From the NCBI RefSeq assembly GCF_009914755.1, contig NC_060928.1: a stretch of DNA of 64,000 nt; one strand, given 5' to 3'. Position numbers and translations under genes: made by a program. The notes under the pieces are model-generated. The model was not told where the DNA came from and made no database searches. It saw nothing but the letters and a program-made list of their open reading frames with translations. This stretch comes from the human T2T-CHM13v2.0 reference genome, Homo sapiens. Below, in pieces: positions 15,488-34,553 of the stretch. Numbering within the stretch: position 1 is the first letter of the stretch; each line of letters begins with the position of its first letter.

Positions 15488-15745
15488 TCACCTCCTCACC
15501 CATCTCCCGAACTTGTTCAATTTCCCCAACTGAAACTCTGTCCCCATTAACCACTAACACTCATTCCTCTCTCACCCAGGCCCTGGGACCCACCATTCTA
15601 CTTTTTATCTTTATGAATTTGACAACTCCAAGAACCTCATGTAAGTGGAATCCTGCAGTATTTGTTCTTTTGTGACTGGCTTGTCTCATTTAGCATAATG
15701 TCTTCAAGGTTCATTCATGTTGTAGCATGGGTCAGAATTTCCCCC

Positions 15746-17051
<1,306 letters not shown>

Positions 17052-17499
17052 TGAGTGGTTGTTCTTTATATATTCTGGATATTAATCTCTTATCTGATAT
17101 GTGATTTGCAATCTTTTTCTCCCATTCCATGGGTTGCCTTTTCAGTGTGTTAATAGTGTCCTTTGATGCACAAAGTTTTTAATTTTGATGAAGTCCAGTT
17201 TATCTATTTTTTCTTTTGTTGCCTGTGCTTTGGTGTCATAGCCAATAAATCATTGCCAGATTCAATATCATGAATCTTTTCCTCTATGTTTTCTGCTAAG
17301 AGTTTTATAGTTTCAGCTCATACATTTAGATCTTTGATCCATTTTTAATAATTTTTGTACAGGGTATAAACTGAGGGTCCAGTTTTATTCTTTTACATGT
17401 GAATACCCAGTTTTCTCAACACCATTTGTTATAAAGACTATCCTTTAGCCCATTGAATGGTCTTGACACTTTAGCTAACGTTCATTGGAAAAAGTCATT

Positions 17500-17665
17500 G
17501 AAAAAATTTTAATATATATAATATATAACTATTATATATAATAATATATAATTATTTTATATAATATATAATTATTGTACATAACAATATATAAATATAT
17601 ATAATATATATTAATATATTATATATTTAAATATATATTATATACATTTATATATATATTAAAAA
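17500..17665. repeat. AT-rich (TA)n-like low-complexity tract
   Basis: nearly pure A/T with alternating TA. Confidence 0.9.
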
Positions 17666-17960
17666 AATACTGGGATCTTTATTCTATCCCATTGATTTAT
17701 ATGTCTGTCTTTATATCAGTATCACACTGTTTTGATAACTGTAGCTTTGTAGTAAATTTTGATCAGGAAGGGTGAGATTTTGACCTTTGTTCTTTTCCAA
17801 GATTTTTTCACTATTTGGGATCCTTTGAGATTCCACATAAATTTTAGGAAGGATTTTCCTATTTCTACGAAAAAAAATGTCATTAGTATTTTGATTGGAA
17901 CTGCACTGAACCTGTAGATCACTTTGGGTTGTATTGACATCTTACCAATATTAAAGATAA

Positions 17961-18269
<309 letters not shown>

Positions 18270-18294
18270 TAAATTTTTCAAAATGACATTTAGT

Positions 18295-19300
18295 CATGAA
18301 ACTGCTGTGGAAAATAGTCTGGCAGTTTCTCAGAAAGTTAAGCATAGAATTACCATATGATCCAGAAATTTCATTCCTAGATATATACCAAAAAGAACCG
18401 AAAGCAGGGACTCGAACAGATACTTGTACACCAGTGTTCAGAATTATTCACAAAAACCAAAAGATGAAAGCAACCTGAGTGTCCAGCAACTGATGAATGG
18501 ATAAGCAAAATGCAGTATATGCATACAGTGAAATATTATTTTTCTGTAAAAAGGAATGAACTTCTGATACATGCTACAACATGGATGCATCTTGAAGACA
18601 TTACGCTAAGTGAAACAAGCCAGACACGAAAAGAAAAATATTGTATTATTCTACTTATATAAGGTTCCTAGAATAGACAAATTTATAGACACAGGAAATA
18701 GAATAGAGGTTACCAGTGGGGAGGAAGAAATAGGGAGTTATTGTTCAATGGGTACAGAGTTTCTGTTTGGGATGATGAAAAAAAGTTCTGGAAATAGATA
18801 GCGTTGATGGTTATACAGTGTTGTGAATGTACCTAATGCCACTGAACTGGACACTTAGAGTGGTTAAAATGGTAAAAATGGTAAATTTTATGTTACATGA
18901 TGTAAATGTGATATGGTTAGGCTTTGTGTCCCCACCCATATCTCATGTCGAATTGTAGTCCCCAGGTATTGAGGGAGGGACCTGGTGGCAGATGATTGGG
19001 TCATGGGGGTGGTTTCCCCCAAGCTGTTCTCGTGATAGTGAGTGAGTTCTCATGAGATCTGATGGTCTTATAAGGCAGTTTTCCCTGCTCTTACATGCTC
19101 TCTCTTGCCTGCCACCATGTAAGATGTGCCTGCTTTGCCTTCCGCCATGATTGTAAGTTTCCTGAGGCCTTCCCAGCCATGTGAATAAATTAAACCTCTT
19201 TCTTTTATAATTTACCCAGTCTGAGGCAGTTCTTTATAGCAATGTGAAATCAGACTAATATTAATACAAGACATATATTTTACCATAATAGAAAATGTTT
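18295..19300 (+). mobile_element. L1M 3' end (sense) interrupted by a MaLR LTR
   Basis: catagaattaccatatgatccag, acatgctacaacatggatg, atggtaaattttatgtta. Confidence 0.85.
18909..19268 (+). mobile_element. THE1/MST-type MaLR solo LTR (THE1D-like)
   Basis: starts TGATATGGTTAGGCTTTGTGTCCCCACCC, ends ...cagactaata(ttaata)ca. Confidence 0.88.
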
Positions 19301-19794
19301 TGAAAGGAGACATTTATTCCCTGACTACCAGTGTCATGTATTTTCATAGATGACAGTGTGGAAATGCAGAGAACACACAGAAGGAATGCAGGGAAAAGAT
19401 GCAAAATGCAAATAGCTGTCAGATTTGGGGCAGCAATCCAATTTTTCTGTGGTTGTCCTGGGACATGGATGAAGTGGCTTCCCTGCGAGTTCCCCAGCCG
19501 TGCGCTGACTCTGCTGTCTGGCGGTCATGCACCCCCACGTGCAGGTGAGCACAGGCCTCCGAGGAGACGTCTTCGCCCCTCAGTTGGCTTGGACACACAT
19601 TTCCCTTGCTGTTCCTACTTGGGTTTCTCCCTGCTCCCACAAAGCTTAGTGAGGATGACTGGGATTCCAAGATTCCAAGATTGTATCTTGCAAGAGTGAA
19701 ACTCTAGGGTTTTTTCTGCTGCTGTTTTTATTTATTTACTTATTTATTCCTAATAATGTACTGGACTTTCTAGTTTTATGTCAAAAGAATTTTA

Positions 19795-20101
<307 letters not shown>

Positions 20102-20454
20102 AATGTCAAAAGAATGTTGATTGCTGGTCATTTTCACACCTACAAAATTATGAAGGCAAATTGTGCAAAATGACTCTTAAACAGAACCTCAACATTAGTC
20201 ATACTCTTTCCTGATAAACCTATGTATAGGAACCTATCCAGAGGAAACATTTGACTTATAAAAGGGTGTTTTGCAGCATCATTTATAACAGCAAAGACCT
20301 GTCCATCAAGAGGATTATGGCCATCCACTCACGGATGCATTTGCATATGTCACTTACAAGGAGGGCTATGTTAAAACTGTATGATATTGCAAGCAGTAAA
20401 GGGTAGAATAAGTGAAACAAGCAGGATACAAAAGTTTCATGCAGTATATGCTTA

Positions 20455-21612
<1,158 letters not shown>

Positions 21613-22250
21613 TCACTACCACAAAGCCATCCAACTCTTAAAATCAGGAAAGAAAGTAGGTTATTTTTATGCTTAGGCAAATCGAAACTTCATCAAAACA
21701 TAAGTCCTTGTGTTAAGGTGAGAATAGAGGTGTTTTTTCTTTCTGTTTCTATTTTTTAAATTTTTATTTGCTTTATTGTATTGCTGTTATAATAAATTCT
21801 ATGTGTTTGTCATTTTTAACCCATTGAATTTAGCCATTTCCCTTGTCACCTTCCCACTGTCCCAACACCAACCCCAATTCCCAATGACTAGAGCCTAAAC
21901 TTAGCTGGGAACGACAGCTGGTAGTTGACAATGATCCTTCCTTGTTATTCGGAGTCAACAGCAGGAACGAGGCACACAGGTGAGACCAGCGAGAACCTCT
22001 GGGGAGCCGGCCTGACCTCCCCACCCCTTCGTGACTCTGTGGACCTCGTTCCCAGGGCTCAGGCCCTCTGGCCCGTGCCTCCTCCCGTATGTTCCCCTCC
22101 ACGGAGCCACCCCAGGGTGGGCAGGTGCAGAGGCAGAAACCTGCTGAGGATGCCCACTATGACTTGGTGTCCATTCCCCACAGGCTGGGGGCGCCTTCTC
22201 CACCCAGATCGCATGCCTGAAAACATGTTGGCTGTGGAAACCCCAATTAA

Positions 22251-23052
<802 letters not shown>

Positions 23053-23194
23053 ACTACCGTTTCTTAAAAGAAAAAACATTTAAATGTAGGAGGAACTAAA
23101 TCTCAGAATAGGGAAAATAACAAGAAAGAACAGTTGTCAACTGCATACTGATATTTCCAAAGTTATTTTGTAGAGAACATGCGTTAAAAGTTAA

Positions 23195-24265
<1,071 letters not shown>

Positions 24266-24270
24266 ATGGA

Positions 24271-24857
<587 letters not shown>

Positions 24858-27724
24858 AAAGTCTCTGTCTTAAAAAAGAAACAAAAAATAAAACAACAAC
24901 AACAACAAAAACCCGAAAAGCAAAACAAAAACTAAATGTAAGAAAAGGTCTGAGAATGTATACAAATGACAACACTGAGTTTTATTTTGTATCCTTCTGG
25001 CATGGGTTGTTGCCACCTTCCCTTGGATTTTGCAACTGTTGCAAATCCATTTTCACGGAAGAGGGTGGGCCGGGATGGAAGTCAAAGAGCTCACACTTCC
25101 ACTCAAGGCACAATATTCGTTCTGAGCTGTCACTGGTAGAGGCTGCTGGGCGGTGTCAACCCCTGGCCTTTCCATCCTGCCCTGAATCGGGTAGAAAAGC
25201 TTCTAGGAAGCCCTCAGGCACAAAGATGCAGATGCTGCCTCCAGCAGAGGGGCTGATGTCCCAGGAGAAGCCCTGAGGGCAGTGGCTGCCTACTCCGGTG
25301 GCCGCCCACCTCCGAAGGACGTCTTTGGTGCAGGTGATGGGTGCCTCTCCCTTTGGAGTTGCGGGTGCTGCTGCCCTGGGAAGCCCCCTCCTGCCTTTGC
25401 CCCTCCCCCATTGCTTAGATCCTGCTCTGTTCCTGATGCTGGCTGGGAGTGGGATTTTGACGTCCACCATGAATTGGAAGCTGACTGTCACACCATGGCA
25501 GCAGGGACCAGCACAGAGGCAGTGCTGCCCACGGCCATAGAGAGCCCTGAGTGAGGAGAGATCTGGGGAGTTCTGGGCCGTCCACCGGCAAAGGACAATG
25601 GATCTCCAAGGGGTGCGGCCAGCGGATGGGTGATGGCATGGATGGAGGGTGGGTGCATCAATGCTGGAGCATCAACTCTGTGTGCCCCTGCGGGGAGAAT
25701 CGCCCCTGCCGAAGCCCCGGCTGGTCCAAAACCACGCCAGCCGCTTTAGGGGTGTCTGTGGACCCAGGACCACACAGCCTCAAGAGCCAAGAGTCCCGAG
25801 TGTGTGCACCTGTCGGCCTGGGTCTGGACTTGCAGCCCCAGGCAATGGGGCCCCAGGTCATGCTACCCATGGGTACACACAGCTGAGCATGAACGAGGGC
25901 ACTCCTGCACTTGTGTGAGTGCTGGCAGGCTTGTCCCCCTCCCAGCTGAGCTGTGGGAGAGTGAGGGCAGGCGTGAGAATGTGGGAGTGTGCCAGGGTGC
26001 TGCATTCCTGTGCGAGCGATGGTGCGTGTGCATGAAGGTTTGTTGGTGGGCGGGCACCTGTGTGCTTGCCTGGGAGTGAGAGGGAGTTGTTGGGGTGGCT
26101 ACTGCTGGGAGCAGGGAGGAGGGGACCACAGCGGACCGCGGGGGACCTTCCCAAGCTGGCTGCCCGCCCAGGCTTCCGTGTGTTTTGGCAGGGCTACGCA
26201 GGCCCAAGGGCCCTCAGCGTCCAGGTAGAACTGCTCTGTCCAGACATTGCCCCTCAGCACCCTTCTTCCCTCTCGCCTCTCTCCTCCCCACACTCTCAGT
26301 CTCTTGCTTTGTCTCTGTCCATGGGTCTGTGGTCCTTTCTGTTTCCATCTTTCCCCCTCCATCTCCCTCTATTTCTCTGTCTCCCATTCACCCCCGGCTA
26401 AGGATCCTCCTTAGAGGCCCTAGGCCCTGCCACGCCTTCCTGGCAAGCACAGCCCAGCTGGCCTGGGAGCCAACAACCTTCCCTCCCAGGCACCAGTGTG
26501 GGTCCGGAGGGCCTCCAGGAAGTCCTCTCTCCTCATCTCTGACATGGCTCACTGTGACTGCATTTTATGGGGCCTTAATGAGTCCATTCAGACAGACAGA
26601 GCTGCACCAAGGTGTGGGGACAGACGTGATAATTAAAGAGGTTGCCAGTAGCCAGGATGGCTGGCACCAGGGTGTTCAGAAGTGTGACTAAAAAAGGCGG
26701 TGGGTGGGGCCTTCAGAGAGCCAGAGCCAGGGTAACAGCCCTGAGTGTGCAACAGCCTTGCTATCTGCTAAGTCCTCCCACCACCGTGCCTCCTGGGCAC
26801 AGATCTGGGCAGACTGTCCTCTCACAGATGGAAAAACTGAGGCCAAGGGAGGGTCAGTGGACGGTTTGAGGCCACACAGCACAGCAAGTGTTTGCATGGA
26901 GACCGCCCTGCCCCTGGGCTATCCAGACTGGGGAGAGCCCCACCCAACTCCTGGCAGAGAAAAAGGCCTAGGAAGGGGACCTGAGCCAAGAAGCACAGGA
27001 GGCGAGGGGGACCGTCCGCCACTCAGACAGCAAACGCTTCCTGATGCCTCCATCACCACCTAAGAGGCTCGACTAGGTGATTTCCCGAGGTCGAGTTCCC
27101 TCCCTGCAAAGAATTCTGGGGCCTGCTATAAGGATAATTAAATATTCTCCACCTCACTTCGTTCCTGCACTCTTTCACTCATTCCGTGCACTCACTGGAC
27201 ACCTAGGGCCCCAAGGCACCTGTTTGAAGCTGGGGAGCCAGCAATGAATCTGGACCTGAGAAGTGGCACAAGGGGCAGGTGCTGAGGCCATAGGGCCCCT
27301 CCAAGGTCCAGCTGAGGGCCCCTCCCTACCCTGAGCTCCATCTTGTGGTGCGGCTGTCCATCTGTCTCCACTGGCCTGCGGCTCCTGTGGGCCCAGCGCA
27401 GGAGCTACCCACAGCTGCAGCCAAACAGCGTTGTTTGTCAAAGGGGGTGACAGCACCATTTGGGTGAAAAGCCTCATAAACAGCACAGGTTCATGCACAG
27501 GCGAAGGGTCATGAGAGTGTGCACTTAGGCTGGCTGGGTCGGGGGGCAGGAGAGGGGTCAGGCCAGGGCAGGGGCAGCGTCAGGAGGCCAGAGTGGTGAC
27601 TTGGCCTTGGTCCAAAAGGATGCTGCCCCTGGCTTGGGAGAAGACCCCGCTGCCGGTCCCACCCTCCCAGGCTGACCTTGGCCAACACAGAGCCCAAGCA
27701 CTCACCCCTCTGAAATATTTATAG

Positions 27725-28143
<419 letters not shown>

Positions 28144-31100
28144 CCATGTGTCAGTCTTAATAATAACATAGCAATAACAATAGTAACAGCAGCAGCAACC
28201 CTTTGCAGATGAGCCTCGGGGTTAAAATGCACTTTCTCTAATTCTCTAATATTATCTCATTGGCTGCTCTTGAGAGCTCTGAGAGGTAGGAATTCTCATC
28301 TGCTTTGACAGATGGGGAAAATGAGGCACACTTCAGCCAGGCACCTCCTCACACTACAGGGCAGATCCAGCCCATGCAAAGCTGGGCCTAGTTCCTGGGT
28401 GGGGCTGTGTCAGGACAGCTGGGCACGGACGGAGCTTTCACCCACGCTGGGGCGCCTGCTCAGCGAGGCTGCCTGGTGGGGCGGTGACTGCATGACAAAC
28501 TTGCTGTGTGGCCTGGACCTCAGGGCGGGAGTAACAGCTCCAGGAAGGCCAGAGTTCAGCCCAGTCAGCCCACTCGGCCCCACTGTTCGGGCTGCCCTCT
28601 GAGCATGTGTCATCCTGCCAGGGTCCCTCCCACTGCGACCTGTCTTCCTGGCAGCTGCTGTTCAGGAGTTCTGCACCCCGCCCTGGGTGTCCTGCCAAAG
28701 CCAAGGTGGCCGTGCGGTCAGAGGCAGCGTCCTCTGCCCTCCCTGTCTCCCTGCCTGTGTGTGCCCCTCCTTCCATGGCCGGGAGCCTTTCTCCTTTCCC
28801 TTCTCATTTTGCCAGACTCCCACCCTACTGTCACACCCTGCCAAAGAGGCACTGCTCCAGGCAGCTCCTGGACTCGCCCAGATGCAGCCAGACCCTCTGC
28901 TGCGCTCACTGCATCGTCGTGGATGTAGCTGTCTCTCTGCCTTTCTGGACATCCTGACTGTGGCAGAGGTCCCCAGCCCCACGGGAGGTGGGGTGGGCAG
29001 GGTCGGGGGGTCCATGTCCCCTTTTCTTAGGTGAGGGGAGTCACTTGAAGCCAGGGCAGGTGTGGGGATGGGGGCCCCAGACTTGAGCACGTGCCAGGCA
29101 GAGGGAAAGGGAGCTCCGGAGAGGTCGAGTCAGGGTAGGGGGCTTGATGGCCACACCCAAGCCAGAGAGGAAGCCGGAGGCTGCGAGCCAGCCCTGAACC
29201 CGGCAGCCTCTGCCGTGATGAACCAGGGCGACCCCTCTACCCAGCGGCTCAGCCGACACCCTCAGAAACTCAATTTTATTTAACCAGCACATATCATGTG
29301 CACTCTGGACCAGGAGTGGTTCACTTACTCCTCACAAGCAGGCTGCCAGCAGCAGGGACACGGGCACAGAGGGGCTAGGGAACTTGCCCAAGGTCACACT
29401 GCTGGTCGGTGGCAGAACTGAGATCGGAGCACTGACTGTTTGGAGCCACAGTCCAAAGCGCTGCTGCCCAGCTCTTCCCCAGGGAGCCACTGCAGGTGGA
29501 AACTGAACCCCGAAGAGCAGGGGGCTGGACTGGGGTCGAGACTGCTGGCGTGAACCTGACGGATCGCCATGGCCCAACCCCTTCCTGGCTGTGTGGCCTT
29601 AGACGAGTTGCTTCACCTCTCTGGGCCTCAGATGTCTCCATTCTAGAGTAGGAATAGTAGCAATAACCATCCATTCAGAATTTGTTAAGCACCTTCTGTG
29701 AGCCAGGTCCTATTCTGGAATCCGGGACCACAGCTGTGGTGAGGACAGGCGAGACCTGCCTCACGGTGGGGCTGGGGTGGTGAGGACCACCTGAGACAGG
29801 GTGTGGACAAACACCTTCGTCTACTTGTGGCTGGCTCTCCTTAATGCTCCACTGGGCCCTCCACATTGGGCCTGATGGCGAAGATTTGGGAACTACACAC
29901 CCGGAGGTGAAGGAGATTCCAGGGCAAGGCAGTGCAGGAGCAAGGGCCAGGGGGCTGGGCTGGGCGGGGCAGTGCTGGGACAGCGCTTGGGTGGCGCCTG
30001 GGGCCGAGATGTCCCTGCTCTGGAGGCTGTGCTGGAGGTCCCGAGGTTGGAATGTCCTCTCTGTGTCCTGGGGTGGGGATGGGTGACAAACGGTAGCATC
30101 AGGCCAGCAATCCCTGGGCACATCTTGAGGTACAAGAACATCCTGTCTGACAGCTTCCACCGTGAGTTCCCTGACCTGTGAGTAGTTCAGGTTCACCTGC
30201 CCAGCTGGGCCCAAAGCACGAACACCCACGGGCGTGGGCTGGGAACATCTTTTTTTTCCTGAGAATCCCTTTCTTTCTGAATTCAAAAGCGACATTTGTT
30301 CATAATAAAAATAAGATTGGAAAAGCTAGGAAGATACCAAAATTATATGAAAAAAAAATCACAAAATCACCCCATCCAGCCCCCCTGAGACGAACGCTAG
30401 TAATATGTTGGTGAACAGTCCTCTGGCTGTTTTTCTGTGCAACTTTCAACCTGGTTGGGACCAAGCTATGCATAGAATTTTGTGTTGGGTTCTTTTTGTT
30501 TAACATATGGTATGCCATCACCTAGAATTATGTTTATGGTTTCTTTGTGATTACAAAATTAATATGTACTCACTGTGAAAACAAATCAAACAATTATAGA
30601 AATGTGGAACGGTGAGAGGCCAGGGTGAAAAAGAAAGTGAAACTCCCCCCTAATTCCCAGCCCAGAGACATCGCCGTGTAAACTGTAAACAGGTAAACAC
30701 TGCTGTGTAAACTCCCCGAGGAGCGCAGACCAGCAGAGGTGTTTAGAGCACAGGCCCAGGATCAGGTTGGCCTGGGAACCAATCCTGCCTCCGCAGGCAA
30801 AGCCTTAGCTGACCTCTCTGAGCCTTGATTTTCTGTAAGCGAAATTCATGAGAGCAGGGCCTACGTCACAATGTTGCTGGAGGAATTAAGGAATATACCA
30901 AAAGCATTGCCATCAGTGAGTTACAACAGGCAAAGTGCTCTAAGCAGGACACAGGAAGTGCTGGAATCATGTTAGGTTGTACTGTAAACACCCGACAGAA
31001 ACCACAAAGGGGAATGCACAACTCACTATGCGCCAGGTAAGGGCTTTGCATCTGTCTCATTTAATCCTCCCCCAAGCTCTGTGAGGTAGGTACTTTGATT

Positions 31101-31147
31101 ATCCCCATTTTACAGATCTGAGAAACAAGGCTGAGAGAAGTTGAGTG

Positions 31148-31855
31148 TCATAGAAGCACTATCCATAATAGCCCAAAGGCAAATGGAGCCCGAATGTCCA
31201 TCGACAAATGAATAAATCCATCATGATATATCCAATATACATAAAAAGGAATGAAAGACCAGGCATGGTGGGTAACGCCTGTAATCCCAGCACTTTGGGA
31301 GGCTGAGGCAGGAGGAGGCCAGGAGTTCGAGACCAGCCTGCGCAACATGGCGAAACCCCGCCTCTACAAAAAATACAAAAATTAGCCAGGCATGGTGGCA
31401 TGTCCCTGTAGTCTCAGCTGAGGCAGGAGGATGGTTTGAGTCTGGGAGGCAGAGGTTGCAATGAGCCAAGATTTCACCAGTGCACTCCAGGCTGGCAACA
31501 GAGCATGACCCTGTCTCAAAAAACTTAAAAAGGAATGGAATACTGACATGTGCTACAAAACAGAGGAGCCCTGAAAACATTATGCTAAGTGAAAAAAGCC
31601 AATCAGAGAAGACCACATGTTGTATGCTTCCTTTTCTATGAAATGTCCAGAATAAGGAAGTCCACAGAAACAGAAATAGATTAGTGGTTGCCAGGGAATG
31701 GGGGAAGGAGGGTGTGGGGACAGACTGCTTAATAGGTAACGGGGTCTCCTTCGGAATTAGAGATGGTGGTCGCACAGCGTTGTGAATGTACTAAACGCCA
31801 CCGAATTGCTCACTTTAAAATGGCTAATCTTGAGTTTAACCTCGATTAAAATTTA
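31148..31855 (+). mobile_element. L1M 3' end interrupted by an Alu (31257-31530)
   Basis: L1 3' UTR words either side of Alu consensus. Confidence 0.85.
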
Positions 31856-33768
31856 AAAAATGAAAAAGGAAGAAAGGGTGAGGGACTTGCCCAAGCTCGG
31901 GCCACACAGCCAGTGATGGTTCTCCTTCTGGGCAGACCGGAGACCACCTGGCAAAGCCCTTTGTTTGTAGTGTTTCTGCCCATCACCATGACCCCGATTT
32001 CCAGAGTGGAGTCGCCAGGTCAGAGGTGGCAACCTGTACATGGATGACACACTGGGGGACTGGGCCTCGCCCTGCGGGGGGACCTGGGTGGGTGGGAATG
32101 CCAGCTGCCCGGCCAGAATCCCACGAGACTGGTCAGTGCAGTTGTCCCCAGAGCCCAGCGGGGTGGAGGGCGGGGCTGCCCTTTGGCCTGCACTTTTTGG
32201 TTAAGCCTGTGCTTTCAACACCCGCCTCCTGCCTGCCTGGGTTATATTTAATCCTGCTCGCTTCCGGAAACCAGGACTCCGAGGATAGCGTGGCCTCCTT
32301 CTGGCTCCAGAGCCCTGTGGGGTCCGCCACGGCACGGACCTGCCTTTGGTCACCGTGCAGCCTCAGAACCCTGCTGTGCTTTCTGAGCCCCAGATTCCCC
32401 ATCTGAAAACAGATGCGACAATGGCCCAACCACAGGGAGGTTTCGATGGGAGGATGGACCTGCGGGGCCGGCTCAGAGCTAGGCCTATTCAGATGAAGGC
32501 ACCAGGAAAGGAACTGTTCGTTCACTTGCCCCTAAGATGTTCCGGGTTTCTCTTGCGGTACCTTGGAAAGTTGATTATGGACCTAGAAATATGTCCAAGG
32601 TCTATCATTACACGGAAAAGCAAGCGCAATGGGTGAGGGGGCCCCTAGCAGACACTCAAGTGGGAGCTATTATTATTTATTTGGGCTTTTGATGTTTGTT
32701 CCATGTATGTTTCCATACACAGGGAACATTTCTAGAAGACTTCATGAGAAACTGTGAACAGCAATTAGTTCCTTCTGGGGATGGGCAAGGAATGAGATTT
32801 TTCACTCAATACCTTTCTGTTCTCTTGAAAGTTTTCACCATGAGCATGTGTTACTTTTATAGTAATAGTTTAAAATAACATTAAACTCGGAAATAAAAAA
32901 TGTTCATTATTATGACCCTTTCAATTAACGGAAGAGGAAAATGGCACCCAGCCTCACATCCTCCAAGAAGTCCTCCTGATAGCCCAGGCACCCGGCTTCT
33001 CCCAGGCAGAAGGGATCACCCTACCCATCACTCTGTTTCCTTGTCTGCCTCTCCTATGAAACTAGCAGGCTGGGAGGGATGGGCCTGTCTGACTCGTCCC
33101 TGAGTCCGTAGTGCCCAGCCCTGATGAGTGGCACTGGTGGGCACGGATGAGTGAAGGAACGAGGCTCCCAGAGGCTAAGCCAGCTGACTGGGATCACAAA
33201 GTAAATGGTTTTGCAGGGTGAGACCCTGGTCTCTGGGCTCCAACTCAAACATACCCTGACTTCTCTAGGCCAGCTCCCATCCACTTACCAGAGATGTCTA
33301 ATAGGGGCAGCCTGAGAATTGTCCAGACGGCCTCAGGCATCCTGCAGGTGCTATGGCATTTGGAGTTTGGGAGAAATAGTTGTTCAGGCTCCAAGTGGGA
33401 GCTGGGGATGCCCAAGGTGTGGAAAATGCCAGAGGGTGGTCCAAACAGAGCCAACTAGAGAGGCCACCAAAAAAGAGTGGTTTGTTCTCCCTATTTCCTT
33501 ACCTGACACTTTAAAATTAAGATTTCAGCCTCCTAAATCAGGTACAAACTTTTCTGATGATGGCAAAGTCCCTCTCAGGTGAAGAGCAGCTGCCGCTGCC
33601 TGGAAGGCTTTAGAACCCAAAGGTCTGGTAAGACAGCTCTTATGAACCCATTTTGCAGATGGGAAAACCGAGGATCAGAGAGATGTAATGCTTTGAAGAG
33701 CAAGGTCTCACATTGACCCTTCAGAGTCTAGAATGTCTGTGTTGACACCAGTGTCCCACATGACACGG

Positions 33769-33952
33769 CTTTGAGTCAGGCTGCCTGGGTTTCTAATCAT
33801 TCCTAATTCATAAGTCTGAATTAATAGTTTAAAATAACATTAAACTCTGAAATAAGGAATGTTTGTTATTATGACCCTTTCAATTAATGGAAGAGGAAAA
33901 TGGCACCCAGCCTCACCTCCTTTGAGTCAGGCTGCCTGGGTTTCTAATCATT
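33769..33952 (+). repeat. 99-bp copy of 32863-32961 inserted between 33-bp direct repeats
   Basis: 33822-33920 matches 32863-32961 at 92/99; ctttgagtcaggctgcctgggtttctaatcatt at 33769-33801 and 33920-33952. Confidence 0.93.
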
Positions 33953-34553
33953 GGAAGATTAAATAACATAGTGCAGTATACAGAAGGCACTTAAGGCTAC
34001 TGCCTGGCACAAGGTAAGCACACAATAATAACTACCATTAGTGGCTGTTGGTGTGCCATTGCAGAGGCAGATTTTTGGGGTGTGTATGGCCTTTATTGGT
34101 GACACTCCCAACATGTGTCCATATACCCCTTGGAAGCATCAGTGTCTCATCACCCTGTCCCCCAACCTTCCATTGCAGGAAGAGGCTCCAACCCTACCTT
34201 AGAAGAGCTGGGGCCTCTGTGAGCTCCACCCACCCTGGGGGCAGCAGCTGACCTGGCTCTGGCCCTTTGGCCTGCTGCCTGCACATGGTCAGTGCTGCCA
34301 GAGAGCCTGGCCTGCCCAGAGAGGGCTGACCTTGACCTCTAAACTGGACCTAGGGGATGTCTTCTGGGCAGACCTTCAACCAACAGCAAACATCATTTCC
34401 ACGTGCCTTCAAACAAACAAGTACAAATTACACTCCCAAATTACAGAGACTGGGAAAACTACCTCCTCCTGCTCTGGTTTGCTTTTGAAGAGGTATCCTT
34501 GGAATCATGATCTTCAAACTTTCTGGACTCATATAAGCCTTAAACATTTTCGG

